Shown here: positions 19,340 through 29,148 of the stretch, one piece after another
Layout: every line of letters begins with the position of its first letter
Position numbering within the stretch: position 1 is the stretch's first letter
Source: Planctomycetota bacterium
Lineage (GTDB): Bacteria; Planctomycetota; UBA1135
Direction of reading: 5' to 3'
NCBI GenBank assembly: GCA_024229395.1
Contig: JAAESM010000085.1
Location: 10,720-74,719, forward strand
DNA length: 64,000 nucleotides
Position numbers and translations under genes: made by a program
Notes under the pieces: generated by a model
What the model saw: only the letters and a program-made list of their open reading frames with translations
Databases searched by the model: none
What the model was told of the DNA's origin: nothing

Positions 19340-20497
19340 ATGCTGACCTCAATCGTCCTTGTTGCCGCGGCGCTGTTCAGCGCTCAAGTGGATGAGGATA
19401 AGGTCGGCACCGGTTGCGACTTCTGCAAGAATCGTGGCGCCGTCGCATGTGAACGGCACGACAAGCACCTGCTCCCACTCGAGGAGCAGGTGCGTTTTTG
19501 TTCGGTTGCGGCCAGCTGTAAGGATTGCCAGGGTGCGCTACTGGTGGACTGCAAGCGTTGCAACGGTGGTCCGGATAGCGTGAAGCTCGAGAAGCGTTTG
19601 TTGACCTTCAAGGGCTATCTGGAGAATCCCGCTGGCCCCGAGGCCTTATTCGAGCGCCCGATGCCGCGCGTGGTCACCGACCACTATGACTTGATCATCG
19701 ATGTGGCCAAGCTGAAGGAAGGCTCGCGCAAATTGGATGGCCATGAAGCCGCGCACTTGATGGCAGTGGAATTGGAGAAGGCTGCAGAGTTGCTAGATAG
19801 TCACTTCGGCGCCAAGCCATTTCATAACTCGCGACGCACACGGATCTGGTATTGGAACACCATCAAGGATCACAAACGAGTGAACTTGGAACTGCTCAAG
19901 CAGAACTCCGCGATGGGCTTTTCGCTGTATGGCGTGGCTCCGGCCACCAGTGATTGGGCTGGCGCCAAAGGCCTCGATTTCAAGGCGATGAATGTGATTT
20001 CCAATGCGGTGCATAAGGGCACCCATTTGCGCTTGAGCAATTTGTTCAACGCCCAATGGATCGGCAATAAGAAGGCCGGTTGGTTCGACGTCGGCGCCGC
20101 CCACTGGTACGAGGATAAATTGTTCCAGCGCGTGTCGACTTATTGCATCGATGAGGCCAACAATGACCTGGATTATGAAGGTGGCAAGTGGCGCGCGGCG
20201 ATGCGGAAATACCTGAACAAGAATAAGGACGGCATCCTGCCAGAACTGGTCAACAAGGTTTCGGGAACGCTGTGGGATTACGAGCATGCATTGGCCTGGA
20301 GCCTTTATGACTGGGTGGCCACCGTGCATCCGAAAGCACTGAAACCTCTACTCCTGGGCTATAAAAATCGGGTGGAGTCGCGTGATTTATTCCGCAAGCA
20401 CCTGGACATGAACGTGCTTCAGGTTGAAGCCGCATGGCGGGAATGGGTGGCGGCCACGTATACGCCCAAGGATCCGAAGCCACGCAAGAAGTTGTAG
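19340..20497 (+). CDS. Secreted protein with a Cys-rich zinc-finger-like N-terminus and a degenerate gluzincin-like domain
   Basis: CxxC...CxxH...C...CxxC...CxxC; HKGTH and WFDVGAAHW motifs. Confidence 0.7.
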   Translation: MLTSIVLVAAALFSAQVDEDKVGTGCDFCKNRGAVACERHDKHLLPLEEQVRFCSVAASCKDCQGALLVDCKRCNGGPDSVKLEKRLLTFKGYLENPAGPEALFERPMPRVVTDHYDLIIDVAKLKEGSRKLDGHEAAHLMAVELEKAAELLDSHFGAKPFHNSRRTRIWYWNTIKDHKRVNLELLKQNSAMGFSLYGVAPATSDWAGAKGLDFKAMNVISNAVHKGTHLRLSNLFNAQWIGNKKAGWFDVGAAHWYEDKLFQRVSTYCIDEANNDLDYEGGKWRAAMRKYLNKNKDGILPELVNKVSGTLWDYEHALAWSLYDWVATVHPKALKPLLLGYKNRVESRDLFRKHLDMNVLQVEAAWREWVAATYTPKDPKPRKKL

Positions 20498-20523
20498 CTT
20501 CAGAACTTCCTTAGAATGGACGG

Positions 20524-21591
20524 GTGTTTGCCTTACTGCTCCTATCCTTAGTTCAAACGGCATCGGCCGAGACTGCACCGGTGGCTCAGGTCGCGGCACC
20601 TATCGCGACCGAGAAGACCGCTGCCTACGATCATGTGATCCTGATCAGCGTGGATGGATTGCGCAGTGATGCGCTGTTGGTGGAGAAGAGTCACGAGCTA
20701 CCAAACTTCAAGCGTTTGACCGAGCAAGGTGCCAGCACTTTGAACGCACGTACGGATAGCGTCTACACATTCACTTTGCCCAATCACGTCGGCATGTTGA
20801 GTGGGCGTATCGCCACCGGCAAGTATGGCCATGGTTGGTTCACCAACGCCACCCCGAAGATTCACGAAAGTATCTTGGAGCGCACTGGTTCGCAGGTAGA
20901 AGGCATTTTCCACGTGACGGCGGCAGCTGGAATCGATGATGCCATGATCGCCTCCAAACCGAAGTTCGCCTTGTTCCGTCAGAGCTGGATGGTGGGTGAA
21001 GATGCGGTAATTGATTTGTGGATGAAGGAAACCGACACGCACAAGCAGCTGCAGGCGACCTTCGACATGCTCGATCCGCAGAAGCACCCGCGCTCGATGG
21101 TGTTCCTGCATTTGCGTGCTCCCGACGACGCTGGCCATGACCATGGTTGGAATATGACGCCGAAATCGGAATACTTGACCGCCGTCGCTGCAGTCGACCA
21201 AACTCTTGGCGAGCTGTTCGCCTTTCTTGATGCGCACGAAGAGATCAAGGCGCGTACTGCCATCGTCTTGACCAGTGATCACGGCGGCGGCATTCCGCAT
21301 AAGAACCATCACGGTTATGGCCTGCATTGGGTCAACTACGTGATCCCCTTCTTCGTATGGACCCCAAATATGACTGGCCCGCAGGATCTGTATGCGATCA
21401 ACCCGGGCCAATACCTGGAGCCTGGCATCAAGATGCCGAAGTCGATTCATGTCGGGCCGCAGCCGATCCGCAATTGCGACGCCGCGAATCTTTGCATGTC
21501 TTTGCTGGGATTGCCGTCGGTGTCGGGCTCGACCATCAATCAGGATCAGCAACTGCGTTGGCAAACGGCGGAGACCTTCAAGGATGAGTGA
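20524..21591 (+). CDS. Alkaline phosphatase superfamily (nucleotide pyrophosphatase/phosphodiesterase-like) protein
   Basis: ISVDGLRSD, TLPNH, PDDAGH, TSDHGG. Confidence 0.85.
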   Translation: MFALLLLSLVQTASAETAPVAQVAAPIATEKTAAYDHVILISVDGLRSDALLVEKSHELPNFKRLTEQGASTLNARTDSVYTFTLPNHVGMLSGRIATGKYGHGWFTNATPKIHESILERTGSQVEGIFHVTAAAGIDDAMIASKPKFALFRQSWMVGEDAVIDLWMKETDTHKQLQATFDMLDPQKHPRSMVFLHLRAPDDAGHDHGWNMTPKSEYLTAVAAVDQTLGELFAFLDAHEEIKARTAIVLTSDHGGGIPHKNHHGYGLHWVNYVIPFFVWTPNMTGPQDLYAINPGQYLEPGIKMPKSIHVGPQPIRNCDAANLCMSLLGLPSVSGSTINQDQQLRWQTAETFKDE

Positions 21592-23071
21592 TCGCCCCCT
21601 GCTGCTGGCGATCGACCAAGGAACCACCTCTTCGCGTGCGATCCTGTTCGATGACCAACTCCAGCCGCAGGCCACTTCGCAAGTAGAGCTGCCACAGAGC
21701 TACCCCAACCCCGGCTGGGTGGAGCATGATCCCGACACCATCCTGCGCGACTGCATTCGTTGTTGTCGCCAGGTGATGCAGCGGGTCGATGGCAGCCTGG
21801 AACGCGTTGCCGGTATCGGCATCACCAATCAACGCGAGACCATCGTGTTGTGGGATCGCAACACCGGTCGTGCCTTGCATCCAGCTTTGGTCTGGCAGGA
21901 TCGGCGCACCACCGACATGTGTAGCGAGTTGCGAGCTTCAGGCATTGAAGACGAAGTCCGCGCCCGCACTGGCTTACTGCTTGATCCTTACTTCAGTGCA
22001 ACCAAGCTTTGTTGGTTGCTCGACAATGTCGAAGGAGCACGTGCTGCCGCCGACGCCGGGCGTTTGGCCGCTGGCACCATCGATAGTTGGTTGCTGTGGA
22101 ACCTCACTGGCGGCGAAGTCTTCGCCACCGAAGTGAGCAATGCATCGCGCACGCTGTTGTTCAACATCAATGCCATCGAATGGGATCCATGGTTGCTGGA
22201 GAAGTTCCGCATCCCTGCCAGCATCTTGCCGCAGGTCCTCGATACTTGCGACGACTTCGGCACCACCACCCCCGAACTGTTCGGCCGCGCCATCCCAATC
22301 GCCGCAATGATCGGTGATCAACAAGCCGCCACCATCGGCCAAGTTTGCTTCGAAGCCGGTGCGATGAAGTGCACTTATGGAACTGGCGCATTCGCGATGC
22401 AGAACACGGGCGAACAATGCTTGGTGCAGAACCATGAGTTGTTGACCACGGTGTTGTGGCGTCATCATGGCAAGCTGCGTTATGCCTTGGAAGGCAGCAT
22501 CTTCTCGGCCGGCTCAGCAGTGCAATGGTTGCGCGATGGCCTTGGCCTGATCCAAACTGCTGCGGAGACCGAAGCCCTTGCCCAACAAGCCGATCCTAAA
22601 GCGCGTGTTTACATGGTGCCTGCATTCACCGGCCTGGGTGCTCCGTGGTGGAATCCGCAAGCACGCGCCAGTCTGCAGGGTGTCACCCGTGGCACCGGGC
22701 CCGCCGAAATCGTGCGCGCCGCCTTGGAAGCGGCATGCTTTCAGACCCGAGATCTGCTCGAAAGCGCGCGAGCACATGGTTCACCGCTGCCTGAGCGCCT
22801 GCGCGTCGACGGCGGCATGAGCGCAAACCTTTGGATGTTACAATTCCTCGCCGACATTCTCGGTATGCCGGTGGTGCGTCCAGAGTTGACCGAAACCACC
22901 GCGAGTGGAGCTGTCAGTTGTGCAGCGCTACAACTCGGTCTTAGCGCCAACACCGCAGAGCTCAGCACAAAGTGGCGAGCGGACATGGTGGTTGGACCGA
23001 TAATGTCAGTAGACGAACGCGAACAGCGTTACCAAGGTTGGCGCCAAGCCGTCGGCCGCACCCTTAGCTGA
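21584..23071 (+). CDS. glpK: Glycerol kinase
   Basis: IDQGTTSSR, GITNQRET, WQDRRT, DPYFSATK, GDQQAA, KCTYGTG; start ATG 21584. Confidence 0.95.
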   Translation: MSDRPLLLAIDQGTTSSRAILFDDQLQPQATSQVELPQSYPNPGWVEHDPDTILRDCIRCCRQVMQRVDGSLERVAGIGITNQRETIVLWDRNTGRALHPALVWQDRRTTDMCSELRASGIEDEVRARTGLLLDPYFSATKLCWLLDNVEGARAAADAGRLAAGTIDSWLLWNLTGGEVFATEVSNASRTLLFNINAIEWDPWLLEKFRIPASILPQVLDTCDDFGTTTPELFGRAIPIAAMIGDQQAATIGQVCFEAGAMKCTYGTGAFAMQNTGEQCLVQNHELLTTVLWRHHGKLRYALEGSIFSAGSAVQWLRDGLGLIQTAAETEALAQQADPKARVYMVPAFTGLGAPWWNPQARASLQGVTRGTGPAEIVRAALEAACFQTRDLLESARAHGSPLPERLRVDGGMSANLWMLQFLADILGMPVVRPELTETTASGAVSCAALQLGLSANTAELSTKWRADMVVGPIMSVDEREQRYQGWRQAVGRTLS

Positions 23072-23092
23072 CCTGATCCTAGGTCGAGCAAC

Positions 23093-25156
23093 ATGACCAG
23101 CGAAATTCGCCTCCACAACGCCATCTTGACGTCCATCCGCCGCACCTGGTGGTTGGTGATGGTGCTGCTGGTTTTAATGAGCGGTTTCCGCCTGCTGTTC
23201 ACGATCCAGTTCGCGCACCCTGAAGTCTGGAGTGACTTCCTTGGTTCGCTGCCGATGGCCTTTGCATTCGGCGCGCTGCATGACCTGCGCATCTTGTTGT
23301 TGTTCGCACTGCCACCGACCTTGTCGCTGCTATGGATGCGCAACCAGACCTTGCGCCGTTGGCATCGTTGGCTGGTCAACACTTCGCTGTACTGGACCTT
23401 CGGTATCTCAATCATTCTGATCGGTTTGGCCGCCGACCAAATCTACTACTCCTACTTCGGCAGTCACTTCAACATCGTGGCCTTCGGTGCCATCGATGAC
23501 GACGTCGGCGCCGTGCTGGTCAGTGCTTGGCGCAACTATCCGCTGCTGCTTTATGTCGTGGTCGGCTTGCTGCTGGAGTACTTGGTATTCCGCATCATCC
23601 GCCGCGCCTTCCACTTCACTGACTTCTTCCACGTGGCCCACACGCCAGCGGTGGAGAAAGTCGACCGCGCCCTCAACCGACACTTGTCACTACACGTGAT
23701 TTTTGCCGTTGTCCTTTGCTCTACGCCGCTAACCCCTATTTTCGTGGGTTTGCAGGAAAAGTACCCGCAGACCACTTTTGTGCGCGCGGTACCTGAAAAC
23801 GGCATCGAGAAACTCGCTGAAACGGTGTGGTTGCGGATTGCTGAAGAGCCCTTGTCGACCGCGCGGCGTTTCGGTTATGGCAGCGATCCTCAGAAGGCCT
23901 TGATCGATTTTACAGGCGGTGAAGCCGCTGCAAATGATGGTCCGATCCTGGATCGTTTCCCGATTAAGTTCTTCCGCCCGGCGCCTTTGGTAAATGGTAA
24001 ACCGCATGTGGTGTTGGTGGTCATGGAGAGCTTCTCCACCCATTTACTGCATTACCAAAGTGCGGAGTTCGACCTGCTTGGCCCGGCACAACGTCATTTC
24101 GACAACGGTTCCTTGTTCGAACGATTCCTTCCGTCGGACAACATCTCTGCTGGCAGCATCTTGAGCTTGGCATTGAACATTCCATACCGTCCGGGAACAC
24201 GTCAGCTCTCGCAATCAGACCTTAAGGAGAAGCGCTTCCCGACCAGTGTGGCCACCATGTTCGCTGAGCAAGGTTATGACACTGCTTTCTATTACGGCGG
24301 TCTCAAGAACTGGCGCGATCTGGACCAGTTCCTGCCACGCCAAGGATTCGATGAGATTCTCGGCCAAAAGGACTTCACCCAGATGTACGGCCTGCAAGAT
24401 GAAGTCGACGGCGGTCCGTGGGGCATCTGGGATCAGCATCTATTCCGCGCCGTGGAAGATCGACTGAGCCAAGCCACCGAGCCTTTGTTCCTAGTAGTTT
24501 TCACCACCACCAATCACCCGCCGCATGGCTTGCCCGCAGATTTGGAGATCTCCGACCTGCATGCGCCCAATGAGTTATTGGCGCGCACCGGCGAGCTGGA
24601 CAGCACCCAGAAGATGCAATTGGCCACCTACCAATACGCCAACCACGAACTCGGCAAGTGGCTGGACCGGATGGATAGCTCTTCACTCCTTGGCCGTACT
24701 GTGGTCGGGGTCACCGGCGATCACACCGCCGGAATGGGCATTCCATTCGCCCAACAGGAGATCCTGCAGCAGCGCGCGGTGCCCTTTTTGCTGTTGATGC
24801 CCCCCGATATCGCCGACCAATTTGAGGTCAATACCGCCTTCGCCGGTTCGCATAAGGACATCCCACCCACCTTATTCCACGCCGCTGGCCTTGCCAGTGC
24901 CGGCTATAAGGGTTTTGGAATCAGCATGTTAGATAATGACGAGCAGCATGTCGGCTTTAATGCAACCGGCCTTGTGCTGTTTGACGAAGGCGGATTGCTG
25001 ATGCGTCCGGATGGTTTTGACACCATGACCTGGGCCGGCCAGAGCATGAACTTCCGCCCCACTAGCCCCACCCCGAAAGCCACGGAAATTGCGCGTAAAT
25101 ACCGCGCTGCTCTGGCTCTGACGGATTGGCTGGTATACGAAGATTTTGCGGATTAA
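23093..25156 (+). CDS. LTA synthase / phosphoglycerol transferase family membrane sulfatase-fold protein
   Basis: About 5 N-terminal TM segments; VVMES, TTTNHPP, TGDH, SHKDIPPT. Confidence 0.85.
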   Translation: MTSEIRLHNAILTSIRRTWWLVMVLLVLMSGFRLLFTIQFAHPEVWSDFLGSLPMAFAFGALHDLRILLLFALPPTLSLLWMRNQTLRRWHRWLVNTSLYWTFGISIILIGLAADQIYYSYFGSHFNIVAFGAIDDDVGAVLVSAWRNYPLLLYVVVGLLLEYLVFRIIRRAFHFTDFFHVAHTPAVEKVDRALNRHLSLHVIFAVVLCSTPLTPIFVGLQEKYPQTTFVRAVPENGIEKLAETVWLRIAEEPLSTARRFGYGSDPQKALIDFTGGEAAANDGPILDRFPIKFFRPAPLVNGKPHVVLVVMESFSTHLLHYQSAEFDLLGPAQRHFDNGSLFERFLPSDNISAGSILSLALNIPYRPGTRQLSQSDLKEKRFPTSVATMFAEQGYDTAFYYGGLKNWRDLDQFLPRQGFDEILGQKDFTQMYGLQDEVDGGPWGIWDQHLFRAVEDRLSQATEPLFLVVFTTTNHPPHGLPADLEISDLHAPNELLARTGELDSTQKMQLATYQYANHELGKWLDRMDSSSLLGRTVVGVTGDHTAGMGIPFAQQEILQQRAVPFLLLMPPDIADQFEVNTAFAGSHKDIPPTLFHAAGLASAGYKGFGISMLDNDEQHVGFNATGLVLFDEGGLLMRPDGFDTMTWAGQSMNFRPTSPTPKATEIARKYRAALALTDWLVYEDFAD

Positions 25157-25237
25157 CCTAGGTTTTCAGCTGAAAAGAAGGTTACACCAGCTTCTTGGTT
25201 GGTATCCTTGATGTACCTGGTTCCACAAAACCAAATC

Positions 25238-26257
25238 ATGAACAAGCTTCTCTCATTTGTACTCGTTGTTGCGTCCGTTGCTGCTTTCGCCGGACCAATC
25301 TCTGCAGCCCCTCAGTGATGAGGTAGCGGCTCGGCACCCCGTGGGGGTGGCGGATATGCAGGCCCATCTGATGGCACCGGCGCCGGCGGCGCAGCACCAT
25401 CAGCTCCATCCACACCATCTGGTCCTGGTGGTGCACCAGCCGCCCCGGCAACGCCGGGCGCAGCGGGTGCTCCTGCTGGCGGCGGTGGCGGTGGCATGGC
25501 TCTTCCAACCGAACATGGCAAGACTGCCAAGACTATGCTGAAGATGAAGTGGAACTACCCAGTGCACCAATTGGTGGACTTGGCAGCAGCCGCTAAGAGT
25601 TCTGGCACCGTCTCGAAAGCAGTCCGTAGTGCTCTTGATAAGCAAGTAGCTTTCTACGAAGTCGCTGGTGAAGATCGTCGTCCATTGTTGGTATTGCGCG
25701 AGTGTCGTCTCTGTAACGGCACCGATGATGCACTACTTTCACGGGCTGGCGGTAACGAGCGCATCTTGATCATGACGCGTTGGTTCAACTGCGTGAAGCT
25801 TCCGATTGAAGTGGTCGAAGACGATCACCCATTCGCCAAGCTTTTCCCAGAGAAGCACCCACCTCACTTGTTCTTGGCTCGTTGGGATGGTTCCAACCCA
25901 CGTGCCTTGCGTGGCGACATGTCGCGTACGGAACTCTCGGGTCACATGTACGCCATGTTGAAGAGTGAGTACAAGAAGCCTGCAGAACGCGTCGTCAAGG
26001 ACATTGAGAAAATCATTTCCCAGTACGATGTGCTCGACGAAAAGATCGCACGCCTTGAGATCGCAGTAGATGCTGAGATCGAGAAGAACGGTCCTGAGTC
26101 GCGCAAGCTCAAGAAGCTCATCGCTCAGCTGAAGGATGCAGAAAAGGACATGGCCGCCAACAAGAAGATGGAAGCCAAACTGTCCGTATTGGGCCTTAAG
26201 AAGCCTGATGAGAAGCCAAAGGACTTAGACTCCCCTGTAGCTAAAGCTGGCCTGTAA
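25238..26257 (+). CDS. Exported thioredoxin-like (CxxC) protein, candidate selenoprotein with tandem UGA-UGA (339 aa if recoded)
   Basis: MNKLLSFVLVVASVAAFAGPISAAPQ**GSGSAPRGGGGYAGP... is in frame with ORF 25496-26257 (ECRLC); SECIS-like hairpin follows. The 25496-26257 part is coding with high confidence; the score reflects the extension. Confidence 0.7.
25331..25353 (+). promoter_or_regulatory. Putative bacterial SECIS element
   Basis: CACCCC-GTG-GGGGTG hairpin with a short basal extension; loop G is 19 nt after the second TGA and 22 nt after the first. Confidence 0.55.
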
Positions 26258-26270
26258 AGCAGATTTCACC

Positions 26271-26302
26271 AAGCCGCCGTCGGTCACCACCGACGGCGGC
26301 TT
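26271..26302 (+). terminator. Intrinsic terminator
   Basis: 14-bp perfect stem AAGCCGCCGTCGGT / ACCGACGGCGGCTT. Confidence 0.75.
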
Positions 26303-26316
26303 TACTATTGATACCT

Positions 26317-27546
26317 ATGTTGAAGCAACTTCTTCTGCTCCCGATCGCCCTGCTCATCTGCACGGCGCCCTTGTCCGCTCAAAAGGGCAAAGATGACAAG
26401 GATGAAAAGAAAAAGGAGTACCTCGAGGACCCCTATACCGAGAACGACAAGGAAGCTCTACTGGAAGCGGGCATCCTCAAGATGGGCCCCTTCCATTGGG
26501 CCGATGGTCACAGCACCAGCGATATCGATGAGAGCCTTGGTGGCGCCGACATCGTCTGGGTAGAGACGGCACACTTCCGCATGGGATTTGCCTTGTCCTC
26601 ATATCTTGTCGACAAGAGCAGCAAGCTCGAGAAGGCCAAGATCAAAGGGGAGCTGAAACGCGTCGCCAAGTTCTTGCCCAAGATGAAAAACAAGGGCAAG
26701 AAGCTGGACCCATGGTTGCGCCTGCATATGTGGACGATGCGTTCGGAAGATCTCTACAAGCAGGTCAGCGACATTCTTGGCGTGACCGACGAGGACTTCC
26801 CATCTGGTCCGGGCCAGTTAAAGAACCGCCGCTACATGGGTGAAGGTCCGTACCTTGGCATGAAGGGCAAGTTCAACTTGATGTTCATGGACAAGGCATC
26901 GAGCCTTGGCCGCTACCGCAGTGGCTTCCTTGGCAATGATGGTTCCGAACCGATTCGCCACATGTTCCCAGTCGATGGTGTGCTGTTCTTCGCAGTCGCC
27001 ACCGAGAACGACAGCATGACGTCGGACACGACCATGCATTGCCTGTTCAACTACGCGGTCACGATGAACCTGCTGAACGGTTATCGCTACTACCGTCACG
27101 CCCTGCCGGAATGGATGGTCGTGGGCTTGGCACACTGGATCGCCCGTCAGACCGATGAGACCCGCAACTACTTCACGCGCGATCGCGTGTTCAGCGAGGA
27201 TGACAAGAACATCTGGAACTGGGGTCCGAAGATCCGCGCACGCGTCGGCCATGACTACTACCCCAAGTTCGAAGAAGTCGCTGCCTTCAAAGACCCCGAG
27301 AACATGAAGTACACCGAACACATGATGTCTTGGTCACGGGTGGATTTCCTGATGGAGACCAACCCGGATGGTTTCAAGATTTGGATCGACATCATGAAGG
27401 AGCCTTTCAAGGCTGGCGCCACCATCACTCCCGAGATGATGATGGAGCGTGAGTTGGATGCGCTGCAAAAAGGATGGGGCATGACTCCTGATGAATTCGA
27501 TGCGGAATGGGCTGCTTGGGCACTCAAGCACTACCCGAAGAAGTAG
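26317..27546 (+). CDS. Secreted hypothetical protein with a degenerate gluzincin-like C-terminal domain
   Basis: Signal peptide; LPEWMVVGLAHW and SWSRVDFL; resembles 19340-20497. Confidence 0.75.
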   Translation: MLKQLLLLPIALLICTAPLSAQKGKDDKDEKKKEYLEDPYTENDKEALLEAGILKMGPFHWADGHSTSDIDESLGGADIVWVETAHFRMGFALSSYLVDKSSKLEKAKIKGELKRVAKFLPKMKNKGKKLDPWLRLHMWTMRSEDLYKQVSDILGVTDEDFPSGPGQLKNRRYMGEGPYLGMKGKFNLMFMDKASSLGRYRSGFLGNDGSEPIRHMFPVDGVLFFAVATENDSMTSDTTMHCLFNYAVTMNLLNGYRYYRHALPEWMVVGLAHWIARQTDETRNYFTRDRVFSEDDKNIWNWGPKIRARVGHDYYPKFEEVAAFKDPENMKYTEHMMSWSRVDFLMETNPDGFKIWIDIMKEPFKAGATITPEMMMERELDALQKGWGMTPDEFDAEWAAWALKHYPKK

Positions 27547-27555
27547 TCTCTAGCC

Positions 27556-28803
27556 ATGCTCGTCATGGCACCTACCATCCTCCTGCAGGCAGCCCTGCTC
27601 ATCTCTTGCGCCCCGTCGGCCGATACGTGGCAAGAACCTGCAAGCGCTTCCGCTGATGGGGTGGGCGCGGCTGCTCTGCCTGCGCTGCAACTCGTCGAGG
27701 TCGCCAAGGGTTTCCGCAGCCCCACCTTCATGTGCAGTGATCCAAGCAATGCCGAGCGTTGGTTCATCCTGCAGAAAGAAGGCCGCCTGCGGTTCCTGGA
27801 AGCCGGTGTCATCCGCGAGCAGGATTTCATCGACCTTTCAGAGAGGGTCAGCACCAGCTCCGAGCAAGGTCTGTTGGGTATGGCTTTCCATCCCAAGTTC
27901 CCAGAGAAGCCATGGGTGTTCTTGAACTACACCAACTTGGATGGAGCCACGGTGGTCGCGCGTTTTGATGTCGACACCAAGGCCTGGGCTGCAGACCCCA
28001 GCAGCGAAAAGATCCTGCTGACCATCGATCAACCATGGGCCAACCACAACGGTGGCATGATCGCCTTCAGCCCGAAGGATGGTTATCTGTACATCGGCAT
28101 GGGCGATGGCGGCGCCGGCGGTGACCCCAAAGGTGCCGGCCAAGACGGGCAGAACCTACTTGGCAAGATGCTGCGCATCGATGTCGACGTGGAAGGCGAT
28201 ACGCCTTATGGAATCCCTAAAGACAATCCCTTTGTGGGCATCAGTGACTTCCGCGATGAGATCTGGGCCTATGGTGTGCGCAACCCTTGGCGTTTCTGCT
28301 TCGATCCGCTCAACGGCGACATGTACATCGGCGACGTCGGCCAGAACGCTTGGGAAGAGATCTCCTACCAGGCAGGTTCCTCCAAAGGTGGCGAAAACTA
28401 CGGCTGGAAGATTCTCGAAGGCAATCACAAGTTCGACAAGAAGGTGACGGAAGTCGGAACAGATCTGGTGCCACCGATTCATGAGTACTCTCAGGGCGGC
28501 AAGTCTGGACACTGCTCGGTGACCGGTGGTTATGTCTATCGTGGCAGCGCGATCCCGGCATTGGATGGCGTGTACTTCTACGGCGATTATTGCAGTGGCG
28601 GCGTGGGTAGCTTCCGCGTGGCCGATGGCAAGCAAGTGGGCCGCGTAAATCACAGCGACAACTTCAATATCAATCGCAAGCTGGCCACACTGGTCAGTTT
28701 TGGCGTGGATGCCGCTGGCGAGCTCTACCTGCTGACCATGAGCGGTGCGCTGTATCGCGTGGAGGCACGGCCTGTGACGGATCCTGGCGCTGGCACCGAC
28801 TAG
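27556..28803 (+). CDS. PQQ-dependent sugar dehydrogenase (glucose/sorbosone dehydrogenase family)
   Basis: EQGLLGMAFHP, NHNGG, GDGG, YGVRNPWR, GDVGQNAWEEI, NYGW. Confidence 0.9.
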   Translation: MLVMAPTILLQAALLISCAPSADTWQEPASASADGVGAAALPALQLVEVAKGFRSPTFMCSDPSNAERWFILQKEGRLRFLEAGVIREQDFIDLSERVSTSSEQGLLGMAFHPKFPEKPWVFLNYTNLDGATVVARFDVDTKAWAADPSSEKILLTIDQPWANHNGGMIAFSPKDGYLYIGMGDGGAGGDPKGAGQDGQNLLGKMLRIDVDVEGDTPYGIPKDNPFVGISDFRDEIWAYGVRNPWRFCFDPLNGDMYIGDVGQNAWEEISYQAGSSKGGENYGWKILEGNHKFDKKVTEVGTDLVPPIHEYSQGGKSGHCSVTGGYVYRGSAIPALDGVYFYGDYCSGGVGSFRVADGKQVGRVNHSDNFNINRKLATLVSFGVDAAGELYLLTMSGALYRVEARPVTDPGAGTD

Positions 28804-28890
28804 GTGGCGGCCGTGGGCCTGGCGGTTGGGACCGGCACTAAGCCTGGCGGCTGGGCCTAGCAGCCATAGTGTGGCCACTGTCAGGAAAAA

Positions 28891-28968
28891 TGGTCGGGGC
28901 GAGAAGATTTGAACTTCCGACCTCTGCACCCCCAGTGCAACGCGCTAACCAGGCTGCGCTACGCCCCG
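28891..28968 (-). tRNA. tRNA-Pro (GGG)
   Basis: CGGGGCGTAGCGCAGCCTGGTTAGCGCG...CTGGGGG...GTTCAAATC...CGCCCCGACCA; cloverleaf with encoded CCA. Confidence 0.97.
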
Positions 28969-29148
28969 ACCCTATCCTGATTCCATGCCAGCACGGGGCC
29001 GACTTGGAAGTGGGAGGAAGATTCTACCGCCCCCCCTTGGGTGCCTGGATTTTTTTCTCCTTTTGCCCTCAAGGTCACCCGGCAGCATCCGTCATTGGCT
29101 TGTAGGCGGCGTTCAATAAAAAGGATTGCTTTACTGCCATGATGGGTG

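Noticed and set aside
25316-25321. Genome-wide UGA reassignment (Trp or Gly) as the explanation for TGA-TGA
   Set aside because: nth, xth, glpK, argS and apt all end in TGA at their normal C-termini, so UGA is a stop in this genome and any readthrough must be site-specific.
28803-28890. Degenerate short repeats (GCCTGGCGGYTGGG) next to the tRNA-Pro 3' end, as a possible att site or CRISPR
   Set aside because: Only 2-3 imperfect units, no integrase or cas gene, and no duplicated tRNA 3' end seen in the window.
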